From a virus, in the IMG/VR virus record IMGVR_UViG_3300034159_000051, positions 1 through 64,000 of that record: a DNA stretch of 64,000 bases, one strand, 5' to 3'. The position numbers were made by a program, and so were the translations under genes. The notes beneath the pieces were generated by a model that made no database searches, was not told the origin of the DNA, and worked only from the letters and a program-made list of their open reading frames with translations. This document shows positions 35,799-44,825 of the stretch, piece by piece. The stretch's first letter is position 1. Every line of letters starts with the position of its first letter.

Positions 35799-37817
35799 AT
35801 GGGAAACTCCCCGAACTGGTCTTATAAATACGTCCCAACTACAGCCGAGTGGAACTTCTGGTTTGGCGCAAAGCAGGATGATTTGTCGTTATCTGCGGCG
35901 TCCAGGATTGCGCTTGTCGCAGGCGCCGGACTTCCAAACGGGTTCGCCAAGCTGGATGCTGGCGGGCTCCTGCCACAAGAGGTCTTGCCGGCGAACGCTG
36001 GCAACGTGCTGTTGTCTGGTACGCCATCAGGCGGTCAAATCGCGGAGTGGGTGGATGGAACGCATATCCAGGGGTCGGCGACAACTGGAACTGGCGGCAT
36101 CGTGCGCGCTGCAGCTCCAACGCTTTCGAATCCGATCGTCGGAACCCAGCCTCTTGCAGACAACTCGACCAAAGCGGCGTCAACCGCGTATGTCGAGATG
36201 GCGCTTGCCAGCGTCAAGGCATACGGGGCGAAGGGCGATGGCGTAGACGTGACATCCTCCGTATCCATTGCGAGCGGAGATGCGGCTTTGACTGTGTCTG
36301 GAGCGTCTTTTGCATCAGCGGACGTTGGCAAGGTTATTGCCGTGCCGGGGGCTGGAACAGCCGGGGCGACGCTATGGAGCACAATTTCCGCCAGGACGTC
36401 ATCAACACAAGTCACCCTTGCGAATGCAGCGTCAACCACGCTTTCCGTCGTATCTAAAACGGTGTCCTATGGGACGGATGACACGGCGGGAATTCAAGCT
36501 GCTGTTAACCACGCCGTTTCTAATTCTCACGGGCTATATGTTCCGGCCGGCATCTACTTTGTATCTAATATAACGCTTCCGCACGACACGAGACAGGATT
36601 CAGGATTAAAGGAGCATCTTGTCCCAGCCATCAATTTCGAATCCGGGGCGGCGTGGCGAAAGACAAATGGCGGGGTTCCGAACTATCTTTTAGCGTCCGG
36701 AAGATGGGCGGACAATACAGGGTATTCGAACTCTCCAATAATTATTCGGAATGGCGTTTTTGACGGGTTCGGAATCGCCTATTCTTGCTATGAAGATATT
36801 TCCTACTGGTCAACATACGAAAAGTGCGTGTTCAAGAACGCCGTTTATCACGGCTATCATGCGCCACAGACGACAATGAATGTGAGCACGCCAACAACAT
36901 CTCGTTCGAACACAATTCTTAATCGATGCATGTTTCATGATAATGGATATAATGGAATATATGTTGATCCTGGTGCAGTAGCAGTTGCGGACTTCTGGTT
37001 CATTGACAATATAGCGTATAACAACAAGCGCGAAAATGTAAATATTCTCCAAAGCGCCGGATGGGTTATTAAGGGGAATCATTGCTACTACACGGTAGCT
37101 CCATCCTCTGGAACAGCAAGCGCCATTGTGCAAGGCGACTATAGTGCTCCGTTTAGTGGGAATATCTGGGAAGGGTATTCAACGACGCATTACGGGTTGC
37201 GTTTGGTTAATTCAGGGACGCACGTCACACTGGAGGGAGACAGCTTCGAGGTTGGGCTTGGGCTTGATTGCACTTTCATAGGATCGGAAGCCACGACGCG
37301 TGTTCTTGGGTGCTCATTTCATGGTTCCTCTACTCTGAACCACGGCACAAACAACGCGACGACAGAGGTTCGCTCTATCGGAAATGTCTTCGAAGCTTCG
37401 GCGCCTTACACCTGGAGCGGCGGAGGCGCTGGCGTGATTAACGCCATCGGCGACACGATCAACGGGAACCGATTCATCATCGAGGGAACTCAGACGTCTG
37501 GATCTGTCACAGGGCGCGCGATACGCGGCATAACCTACCCAGGTGCTTTTCCATATTCGGTCACTAGCGCGACAAAGGATGTTATCCGCTGCACGGCTGC
37601 GCTCGCCGCCGATATCACTATAACATTCCCAGCGTCCCCACTGACAGGGCTTCGCTACCGGGTCATCAGGACCGCGACGGCGACCGGAGCCTACAATATC
37701 CTTTTGAAAAATTCAGGCGGGACAACCGTCGGGACCATGTCAACGGCTGCAAAATTTTTCGACATGGAATTTGACGGGACGGCCTGGATTATCACGGCGG
37801 CAGGCGACGCCGCCTAG
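35799..37817 (+). CDS. Tailspike/depolymerase (beta helix)
   Basis: DNSTK.ASTAYV, VK.YGAKGDG, DDTA.IQAA, LYVPAG.Y; parallel beta-helix repeats. Confidence 0.85.
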   Translation: MGNSPNWSYKYVPTTAEWNFWFGAKQDDLSLSAASRIALVAGAGLPNGFAKLDAGGLLPQEVLPANAGNVLLSGTPSGGQIAEWVDGTHIQGSATTGTGGIVRAAAPTLSNPIVGTQPLADNSTKAASTAYVEMALASVKAYGAKGDGVDVTSSVSIASGDAALTVSGASFASADVGKVIAVPGAGTAGATLWSTISARTSSTQVTLANAASTTLSVVSKTVSYGTDDTAGIQAAVNHAVSNSHGLYVPAGIYFVSNITLPHDTRQDSGLKEHLVPAINFESGAAWRKTNGGVPNYLLASGRWADNTGYSNSPIIIRNGVFDGFGIAYSCYEDISYWSTYEKCVFKNAVYHGYHAPQTTMNVSTPTTSRSNTILNRCMFHDNGYNGIYVDPGAVAVADFWFIDNIAYNNKRENVNILQSAGWVIKGNHCYYTVAPSSGTASAIVQGDYSAPFSGNIWEGYSTTHYGLRLVNSGTHVTLEGDSFEVGLGLDCTFIGSEATTRVLGCSFHGSSTLNHGTNNATTEVRSIGNVFEASAPYTWSGGGAGVINAIGDTINGNRFIIEGTQTSGSVTGRAIRGITYPGAFPYSVTSATKDVIRCTAALAADITITFPASPLTGLRYRVIRTATATGAYNILLKNSGGTTVGTMSTAAKFFDMEFDGTAWIITAAGDAA

Positions 37818-37840
37818 CAGCCACGGAGTCTAATTGAGCT

Positions 37841-38254
37841 ATGGGAAACTCCCCAAACTGGTCCTACAAGTACGTCCCGACCACAGCCGAGTGGAATTTT
37901 TGGTTCTCCCAGAAGCAGGATGATCTTGGGCTGTCGCTGCAAACCCGAATCCTTTTGCAGGCCGGGCTGAATACGGCCAACGGCATTGCGACGCTTGATG
38001 GAAATGGAAAGATTCCATTCGCGCAGCTCCCTATTGTCAAAGGGACTTTTACGCTTGCGGCAAACGAGACGACGACGACGGTCATCGTCACCGGAACCGA
38101 CTTCACAAGCACGGCTTTTTGGAGCCCTATAACGGAAAATGCAGCGGCGCAAATGTCGCTGCTTCGCGGGTCTTGCGCCATGAATTCGTTGAACCTGACG
38201 CACGGAGACAACCCGAACACCGACCAAACATTTTCCTATTTCGTGGTCCTTTAA
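37841..38254 (+). CDS. Short fibre/adaptor sharing its N-terminus with 35799
   Basis: MGNSPNWSYKYVPTTAEWNFWF is identical in both; ANGIATLD..GKIP motif. Confidence 0.75.
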   Translation: MGNSPNWSYKYVPTTAEWNFWFSQKQDDLGLSLQTRILLQAGLNTANGIATLDGNGKIPFAQLPIVKGTFTLAANETTTTVIVTGTDFTSTAFWSPITENAAAQMSLLRGSCAMNSLNLTHGDNPNTDQTFSYFVVL

Positions 38255-38275
38255 TTTCTCTCCAGGAGAAGACGG

Positions 38276-39799
38276 ATGACTTTTTTGCGTCTTGCGGCGG
38301 CGATCGTCGCGCTTTTTGCGTCGTTCTCGCTTGCCTTCGCGGCGGCATCGAAGGTCTCGACAAACGACGGCACATGGAAGAGCCCCGGCGCGATCCCGAT
38401 CACATGGTACGGGGCGATCGGAGATGACGCTTCGGACAATTGCACGGCGCTTACCGCTGCGGTCGCGTCCGGCGCGAAGGCGCTTTTGATCCCGCCCGGA
38501 ATTTTTAGGACGTCTTGCGCCATAACGCCCGCCGCCGGCCAACAGATTACGGGGACCGCAAAGAGGCAGTCCATCATCAAAATTGGGTTCAGCGGCAATC
38601 TCTTTGTTGTAAGCAACGTCGATGTCGTTCTAAGTAATTTCAGTATAACATCAGCAACCCCAAGGACAAGCGGTTGCTATATCTATGCAACAAACAATGT
38701 AATGGTCAGCGATATAGTTGCGGACAATTATTATTGCTTCGCTGACAACGAAGGGGCGAGTTCAGTCGCTCGGATCAACACTAAATATTCTAATATTCAC
38801 ACCTTTAGTCCGACCACTACGGCGACGTCGGCGGGCGGATGGTGCATCAAGTGGCAGAACTACACCTCGGTCTACGCATCCAATATTCTTTGCAGCGGAT
38901 ATGCAGGCGTCGCACAGCCATCGTATGGGTTGATCATCGCGGACGGCGATACGTTCATTGGAACAGGTCTGCATATTGTTGGGCACGGCTTGAACCTTCG
39001 AATCTCCCCAACGGCAGGAAATTTCGCCGGGGCGGTTCAAATCGCGAATTCGCTGTTTGATAGCGCTTACACGACGGCAAATGTTGCGATCGATCCTCCA
39101 TCTACGGCAAATGTCGTTGGGACTATGTTCGCGAACGTCGAAATTGGAAACTCGACGGGAACGGGCAACCACGGCCTTATTCTGGATGGCTCCGCCGGGA
39201 CGGTCGATGGTTTCGCCTGCTCAAATTGTCGCTTCGAACACAACACCGGCAGCGGCGCTTATCTGATCGGGGCGAATGCGAAGAATATCCACATCAACGG
39301 CGGATGGAGCGCAGGAAACACCCTGGCCGGAATCAGCGTCGGCAGCGTTTCAAACGCGACCATCAGCGGATTGAAAATCGGACCGGCTGGCGGATGGGGC
39401 GGAAACGGCAACGGCGGCATCGACATCTTAGGCGGCACGACGCCAGTGAACCTTGTCATAGCCGGGAATGTCGTGACGGGGAACACAAACTACCAGATTG
39501 GGAATTTCAGCTCGACGACAACCACAAAAATCAGCGGCAACTCGGGATACAACCCTGTCGGCGTAACGGCCGCCGCGACGACCTGCGCCAGTCCCTGCAC
39601 GGTCACAAACGGCCCAAGCCCATCGACCTATTATTTCAGGCAGTCTGCGACGAACACGGCGACAATCACGCAGGGAGGCCAGCAGACGGCCGCGCTCGCA
39701 AACGCCTCGACTTACTATCCTATTGAGCTGGGGCCAAACGAAAGCGTCGTCGTGACGTGGGCGACCACGGCCCCGACTTATACGATCTGCACGCATTAA
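38276..39799 (+). CDS. Pectate-lyase-like beta-helix protein with signal peptide
   Basis: MTFLRLAAAIVALFASFSLAFA leader; WYGAIGD, IPPG.F; AGGAG RBS. Confidence 0.8.
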   Translation: MTFLRLAAAIVALFASFSLAFAAASKVSTNDGTWKSPGAIPITWYGAIGDDASDNCTALTAAVASGAKALLIPPGIFRTSCAITPAAGQQITGTAKRQSIIKIGFSGNLFVVSNVDVVLSNFSITSATPRTSGCYIYATNNVMVSDIVADNYYCFADNEGASSVARINTKYSNIHTFSPTTTATSAGGWCIKWQNYTSVYASNILCSGYAGVAQPSYGLIIADGDTFIGTGLHIVGHGLNLRISPTAGNFAGAVQIANSLFDSAYTTANVAIDPPSTANVVGTMFANVEIGNSTGTGNHGLILDGSAGTVDGFACSNCRFEHNTGSGAYLIGANAKNIHINGGWSAGNTLAGISVGSVSNATISGLKIGPAGGWGGNGNGGIDILGGTTPVNLVIAGNVVTGNTNYQIGNFSSTTTTKISGNSGYNPVGVTAAATTCASPCTVTNGPSPSTYYFRQSATNTATITQGGQQTAALANASTYYPIELGPNESVVVTWATTAPTYTICTH

Positions 39800-39825
39800 G
39801 CCATTGCAATGGCGGAGACTTCGCT

Positions 39826-41070
39826 ATGGAATTGACCCCATCCCAAAAGCTCCTTTGCGAGCGGATCATCAATGTCTTTGAGACCAGCAGCATTCATGGA
39901 GACTACGGGAATATCAGCATCTTTCGAGATGGCCCTGGCCGGATACGGCAGATCACGTTTGGTCGCTCACAGACAACGGAATATGGCAATCTTCGCGAGC
40001 TTGTCTCGATGTATGTGGAGGCGGGCGGCGTCTATTCCGAGCGCTTGCGCCCATTTGTTTCTCTGATCGGACGACAGGCGCTTGTCAATAACGTGGCGTT
40101 CAAAGACCTCTTGAAGCGGGCCGGGCGCGGCGACCCGATCATGGAGACGACGCAGGACGCTTTCTTCGATAAGCGCTATTTCCAGCCCGCGCTCAAGTGG
40201 GCGCAGGATCACGGGTTCTCGCGGGCGCTTTCGGTGCTCGTGATCTATGACAGCTTCATTCACTCGGGCGGGATACTCGACTTGCTCCGCGCCCGGTTTT
40301 CGGAGCGGCCTCCCAGCAAAGGCGGCAGGGAGGAAGTCTGGATCCGCCAGTATGTCGAGGCTCGCAACGATTGGCTGCGCACGCACTCGAATAGAATTCT
40401 CCGCCCAACCGTTTATCGGACGCAATGCTTTTTGCGCGAGATCAAGCGCGAGAATTGGGATTTGGCTCAACTCCCGATCGTCGCTCATGGCGTTTCTGTC
40501 GACGATAAGCCCCTTGCGCAATCGAGTTCCGCTCCCGTTGCGTTCTTGTCCGACTACGCCGATGCATCCCTGTTTTCGAGTATCATCTTCAAAATCAAGG
40601 AGATCGCCATGTTTTGGCAAGCGGTTCTCATCAACCTTATCCCCAACTTAGCCAGTAAGGTCATCAACATGGCGAGCGATGCTTTTGCGACTGAAACAGC
40701 GCCAGCCCCCGCCAAGGCGGAGGCAAAGGTGGAAACACGAGCGGCCACGGCCGGCGTCAACCTCAGCAAGACGACGGTCGCGACGGGTCTAGCCGGGACG
40801 ATCTTTGGAACCGTCATCGCCATAGCGTCGCCTTTTTTGATCGCGCTCGATCCGAGCGCGCAGCATGTCATCAGCGGCGTCTTCACCGGCTTGGCGGGCC
40901 TCGGAGCCGTCATCGCGTCTGTTTGGCAACTGTTCCACCTGAATGCGACCACATCGGACAATACGCTGTCGATGATCAACAGCGCAACGGAGGCGGCGAA
41001 GCAGCTAGCTGATATTGTCAGCAAGCCAGGGGCTCAACCATCGGACCCTACCCACGCGGCGAGCGCATGA
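39826..41070 (+). CDS. Endolysin (chitosanase/GH46-like) in frame with a C-terminal two-TM holin-like region
   Basis: IINVFET...YG.I...DG...ITFG, YF.PA...A, YDS.IH.G. Internal AAGGAG-N6-ATG at 40609, followed by two hydrophobic helices. Confidence 0.75.
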   Translation: MELTPSQKLLCERIINVFETSSIHGDYGNISIFRDGPGRIRQITFGRSQTTEYGNLRELVSMYVEAGGVYSERLRPFVSLIGRQALVNNVAFKDLLKRAGRGDPIMETTQDAFFDKRYFQPALKWAQDHGFSRALSVLVIYDSFIHSGGILDLLRARFSERPPSKGGREEVWIRQYVEARNDWLRTHSNRILRPTVYRTQCFLREIKRENWDLAQLPIVAHGVSVDDKPLAQSSSAPVAFLSDYADASLFSSIIFKIKEIAMFWQAVLINLIPNLASKVINMASDAFATETAPAPAKAEAKVETRAATAGVNLSKTTVATGLAGTIFGTVIAIASPFLIALDPSAQHVISGVFTGLAGLGAVIASVWQLFHLNATTSDNTLSMINSATEAAKQLADIVSKPGAQPSDPTHAASA

Positions 41071-41435
41071 GCAGCCGCGAATATCACGAACTAAAACACG
41101 AGCTTGTCCGTTTAAAACAAGACCTTCACCACCTGAACCAGGAGATAAAACGCATGAAGCTTGACCTCGACAAAATCAGGGCGGCCGCCGCGAAACTCGT
41201 ATTGGACGTCGATAAGCTCCGCGTCGATGTCCCCGCTGCGATTCTGGCGGCGGCGGCAGGCGCAGACGATGCGGCAAATCAGGCCGCTATCGACGGCATC
41301 GCCTTGGCGCTCACAGGCGTCTCGGAATCTCTAACGGCGCTTGACACAAGCATCCATCCGGCGCCAGCCGAGGAGCCAGTTCCTCCTGTCGAAGCTCCTC
41401 CCGCCGAAGCTCCTGCGGAGCCGGCCGCGGCCTAG
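41067..41435 (+). CDS. Coiled-coil protein in the lysis region
   Basis: ATGA overlap; alternative start at 41154 with AGGAG; Pro/Ala-rich tail. Confidence 0.6.
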   Translation: MSSREYHELKHELVRLKQDLHHLNQEIKRMKLDLDKIRAAAAKLVLDVDKLRVDVPAAILAAAAGADDAANQAAIDGIALALTGVSESLTALDTSIHPAPAEEPVPPVEAPPAEAPAEPAAA

Positions 41436-41724
41436 AACCTATCGGATTTCCGGGGAAGCTTGGCTTTCCCGGTTGTCTCCGTTATCGAGTATCCGGTTCA
41501 TGCGCCGCCTCGCGGAAAGAAGCGTGACCTTAAGGCCAATGTCATTTGGATTGCTTGTTAGTGCAGACTCAATCGCAGTAACCTTGGCGCAGGCTGCATT
41601 ACGTTCATCCACCAAACCTTCCATCTATAATTTTTTCCTAGAGCAGCCTATCTGGGAATGCCGGGGAGCTTAGGCTCTTCCGGTTGTTTTGCGTTTCACG
41701 CAACCCAAAACCGAAACGACCCAA

Positions 41725-42327
41725 ATGGAAACCCAAACCACAAGCAACGAGGCCACGCGCTCTAACACGCGGCCCCGTCTAGCCGCAGCAGAGGAGACTG
41801 CCTTGGCGTCCCAGCATATGAATGGAGTTTACAACGAAAGCGGAGGCGATGCTATTCCGTCGTCAGATCAAAGTTTATGGAAAGTCATAAGGGCGGAATG
41901 GCGCGTGATCGGAATGGTGCTCAGTCCGTTTGCTCTAGCCCTCGCGGTCTACTTTGTCCCGGCGACACAAGGCGGGCTTGATGGCGTCCGCACCGAAGCC
42001 GCGGCGAAACTCGAACTCACAAAGACCGATATCGGCGGCCAGCTAAATCAGGTAAAGACCGAACTCAATGGTCAGATAGCCGTCATTACAACTCGCATCA
42101 ACGGGCTGCAGGAAACCTTAACTCACACCCAATCCGGCGTCGATGAACTCCTCCGCCGATCGGCCCCACCTCCCCGCCAATACGATTCTCCCCAGATCGC
42201 GGCGTCTTCGTCCGCCCCTCCCCAAGATAATCCCCCCCAAGAAGCTCGCAGAGCTACGAAAAAGAAGCCGATCGCGGCCAAGCCGCAACCGCAGCCGCAG
42301 CCGACCGGATTCCTCTTTTTCAGATAA
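41725..42327 (+). CDS. Single-TM coiled-coil protein (lysis-associated?)
   Basis: VIGMVLSPFALALAVYFV helix followed by heptads; start uncertain. Confidence 0.55.
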   Translation: METQTTSNEATRSNTRPRLAAAEETALASQHMNGVYNESGGDAIPSSDQSLWKVIRAEWRVIGMVLSPFALALAVYFVPATQGGLDGVRTEAAAKLELTKTDIGGQLNQVKTELNGQIAVITTRINGLQETLTHTQSGVDELLRRSAPPPRQYDSPQIAASSSAPPQDNPPQEARRATKKKPIAAKPQPQPQPTGFLFFR

Positions 42328-42527
42328 GCGTTTATGAGTTTTATTCCGGCCAACGAAGAGGATAATGCAACCATCCATTTGTCGCCTCTGAGCAACAGCG
42401 CACACAGGATTCGTCCTAAGAAATCACTTTTTGTTTCGAATATCGGGACAAATCGCGCTAGGGCGTAGTCCCCCGTGTGTTGTGTTTGTTGCGTCTGCGT
42501 TGATCCATTCAACAAAGGACTCAACCT

Positions 42528-43220
42528 ATGAGGCATATCCGTACCCTTCTCGCAGCCGCTGCGCTGCTCAGCGTCGCGGCTTCGGCCCAGGCGGCGGACC
42601 TCTACCCTGGAAGCACGAAAGACGCGCCTGCCTCCTCTTATACGGCAAATACGTGGACTGGGTTTTATGTTGGCGCCGGCGTCACAGGAAACTTTGTGGA
42701 CCACGTTCTTTCCAACCCATCTGGGTCAACTGTGTTCGATGGACTGGCGGCACAAGGCGTGGGAGGGTCGTTCTTCGGCGGCGTGAATTATCAGGTTCAG
42801 CGGATCGTTTTTGGCGTTGAGGGGAACTTCGATCTATCAAACGCCGATACATCGCTTATCGCCTCTGATGACGAGGTTAGGCTTGCCCTCAATCACACTT
42901 GGGGCGTAACCGCTCGTGGCGGCGTCCTGGCCACGCCTCAAACACTGATCTATGGCAAGGTCGGCTATGGCGGCGCCGAGTTTGAGGCCAAAGGAACCAT
43001 TGTTTCGACCAAGAACGCGACAACCTATTCCTCCGAGGGGATGATCGCTGGCGGCGGCATCGAGACGCGAATCTGGGAAAACTTCACGATCCGTGCGGAA
43101 TATTCATGGCTCGGCTTGGACAGCAAGACAATCGAAGATGCAGCCAAGTTCGACACGGACATTCAGACGGTCAAGCTTGGCGTCTCCTATTTGATCCCGG
43201 TCAAAACGCCGTTGAATTAA
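42528..43220 (+). CDS. Outer-membrane beta-barrel protein (Omp25/Omp31/RopB family)
   Basis: Signal peptide AQA-ADL, WTGFYVG, GVNYQ...VFGVEG, GGGIE..IRAEY, VKLGVSY. Confidence 0.9.
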   Translation: MRHIRTLLAAAALLSVAASAQAADLYPGSTKDAPASSYTANTWTGFYVGAGVTGNFVDHVLSNPSGSTVFDGLAAQGVGGSFFGGVNYQVQRIVFGVEGNFDLSNADTSLIASDDEVRLALNHTWGVTARGGVLATPQTLIYGKVGYGGAEFEAKGTIVSTKNATTYSSEGMIAGGGIETRIWENFTIRAEYSWLGLDSKTIEDAAKFDTDIQTVKLGVSYLIPVKTPLN

Positions 43221-43264
43221 GGGTTTTCCGGGACGGGATTCCCTCCCTTAGACCCGGAAATAGA

Positions 43265-43305
43265 GGCGGCGCTCCATCGTACAGACGGAGCGCCGCCAGT
43301 TTTTT
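43265..43305. terminator. Terminator between the convergent arms
   Basis: GGCGGCGCTCC...GGAGCGCCGCC followed by a T-run; a second hairpin TTTCCGGG/CCCGGAAA lies just upstream. Confidence 0.8.
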
Positions 43306-43528
43306 AGGACGAACCATCGTCCGATATTTCTTCCACCCCCGCCTCCCTGCGGATCACGTTCCTGATTTTGAGACTTCCGGGGATGGTACTCAGCCAAAGT
43401 TCGGCCCGATGCATAACGCTCAGCAGGGCTTCGATCCGTTCCTCAAGCTCTATGATTTTGGCTTCACTCTCCGTCGGTTCGGTGAAAAATTGGGCGGAGC
43501 GCTCTGCATCTTCATCGACTGCGCTCAT
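43304..43528 (-). CDS. Hypothetical protein
   Basis: Start re-called at the ATGA overlap. Confidence 0.55.
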   Translation of the reverse strand: MSAVDEDAERSAQFFTEPTESEAKIIELEERIEALLSVMHRAELWLSTIPGSLKIRNVIRREAGVEEISDDGSS

Positions 43529-43872
43529 GGCTTTGCCTCGGCGGATTGACCATCGAATGTGAAATGGCCGGAATGACCCCACCCGGTACTGTTCCATTTC
43601 AGGCGTATTGATTTGGATGGATTGGCCGGATCGAGACAAAGACCGCCATCGACGCCAGGATTTTGCGCCATCAGGTTCGCAGCGGCCAAGCAAGCGTCCG
43701 CCGACGGGAACGGGATCGAATAAGAGAACGACACCGTCCCGATCTTGCCCGTCAACCGGATATCCGATTTGTAGAAGTGGAAGAGGCCCATAACGGGCGG
43801 GACGGTTTGGGCTTGCGCGCTGGCCGATCCCAGGACCGCGATCGCGGCTAAATACAAGATTCTCAAAGCCAA
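43525..43872 (-). CDS. Small secreted protein (signal peptide, two Cys)
   Basis: MALRILYLAAIAVLGSASAQA leader; GGAGG RBS. Confidence 0.65.
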   Translation of the reverse strand: MALRILYLAAIAVLGSASAQAQTVPPVMGLFHFYKSDIRLTGKIGTVSFSYSIPFPSADACLAAANLMAQNPGVDGGLCLDPANPSKSIRLKWNSTGWGHSGHFTFDGQSAEAKP

Positions 43873-44189
43873 ACCTCCACGATCATCCGATCGTCGTCGC
43901 TCCTACGGGGCTGCCAGAAAAGCTTGCGCGGGAGTTGGGCGCGCACGCTCTCAAGCGTCTTGCCTGCAATGAAATAATCGGTTTGCAGGATCTTCGGTTT
44001 TGTAAAGGACATGCGCGCGACGAACTCTTCCGGGTCGTCAGAGGTTCGGCAAACCGTCCATATCGGGCGCCGGTCCGCATTCTCGACATGGATGATTTCA
44101 AGCGGCGTCAGGGGCGCTTCGACCTTTTTCTCAGGCGTGATATACCGCTGCTTTTTCTTCCCGCCGCCGAACCTGAAATGATTGATCAT
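43863..44189 (-). CDS. Hypothetical phage protein
   Basis: D.P..FVAR...LE.VR.QLP..R...DD..IVEVW; GAGG RBS. Confidence 0.65.
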   Translation of the reverse strand: MINHFRFGGGKKKQRYITPEKKVEAPLTPLEIIHVENADRRPIWTVCRTSDDPEEFVARMSFTKPKILQTDYFIAGKTLESVRAQLPRKLFWQPRRSDDDRMIVEVWL

Positions 44190-44476
44190 GGCTTTTTTAC
44201 CTCGCCTTCTGACGCGGCAGCTTCCAGGGTTCCGCTCCACGTTTTGGCGCAGATATCTCCAAAAAACGCCATGTCGTTCACATCCCAGAATGCTCTTTTA
44301 ATGCGCTCTGTTGGCGTCATAGCCGCTAGAGCGCGAAGAGCGGCGCGCATCTTGTTTATCCATTCTGCGGCGGTATCCGGGTTCGCAGCCTTGAAATCTT
44401 CCCATGAAGTCCAGTCCAGCTCGAAAGCGGCTTTTGCCATTACTTCTGCCGGTATTAGTGTCTCGCTCATTGTCAT
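44186..44476 (-). CDS. Hypothetical protein
   Basis: Coupled ORF. Confidence 0.6.
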   Translation of the reverse strand: MTMSETLIPAEVMAKAAFELDWTSWEDFKAANPDTAAEWINKMRAALRALAAMTPTERIKRAFWDVNDMAFFGDICAKTWSGTLEAAASEGEVKKP

Positions 44477-44811
44477 GACATCGCGCTCCTGGGCGGAACG
44501 CGCTGGATCGTATTATCGAGCCCAGAGCTTTTTGCGTTGGCGATAGAGTTGATCACGGCTCTCATAAATCGGCCCAGCGTATTTCCAGCCGCGGCACCGT
44601 CAGGCTCCGACGCTGCGATCAAGGCGCCGGACGCAAGGGCTAAAGCCGCAAGGGCCTCATCCTGCGAGAAAAAGACCTCCTGCTCCTTTGAATCCCCAAT
44701 TGTCACAAGCTTAAAGATCCCGAGGGCGAGCTTATTGGCCCGTTCGTTTTTCTCATCGCAGGCGACTCTCTCGCTGCAGGCGTCGCACTTGATTTCGCAC
44801 ATATCTGCCAT
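44473..44811 (-). CDS. Hypothetical protein
   Basis: Start preceded by GGGGATCAG. Confidence 0.65.
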   Translation of the reverse strand: MADMCEIKCDACSERVACDEKNERANKLALGIFKLVTIGDSKEQEVFFSQDEALAALALASGALIAASEPDGAAAGNTLGRFMRAVINSIANAKSSGLDNTIQRVPPRSAMS

Positions 44812-44825
44812 CTGATCCCCTTTCT

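Noticed and set aside
35799-37930. Duplicated fibre sequence as a DGR template/variable repeat
   Set aside because: Differences are mostly synonymous and not adenine-specific, the repeat is N-terminal, and there is no reverse transcriptase in the window.
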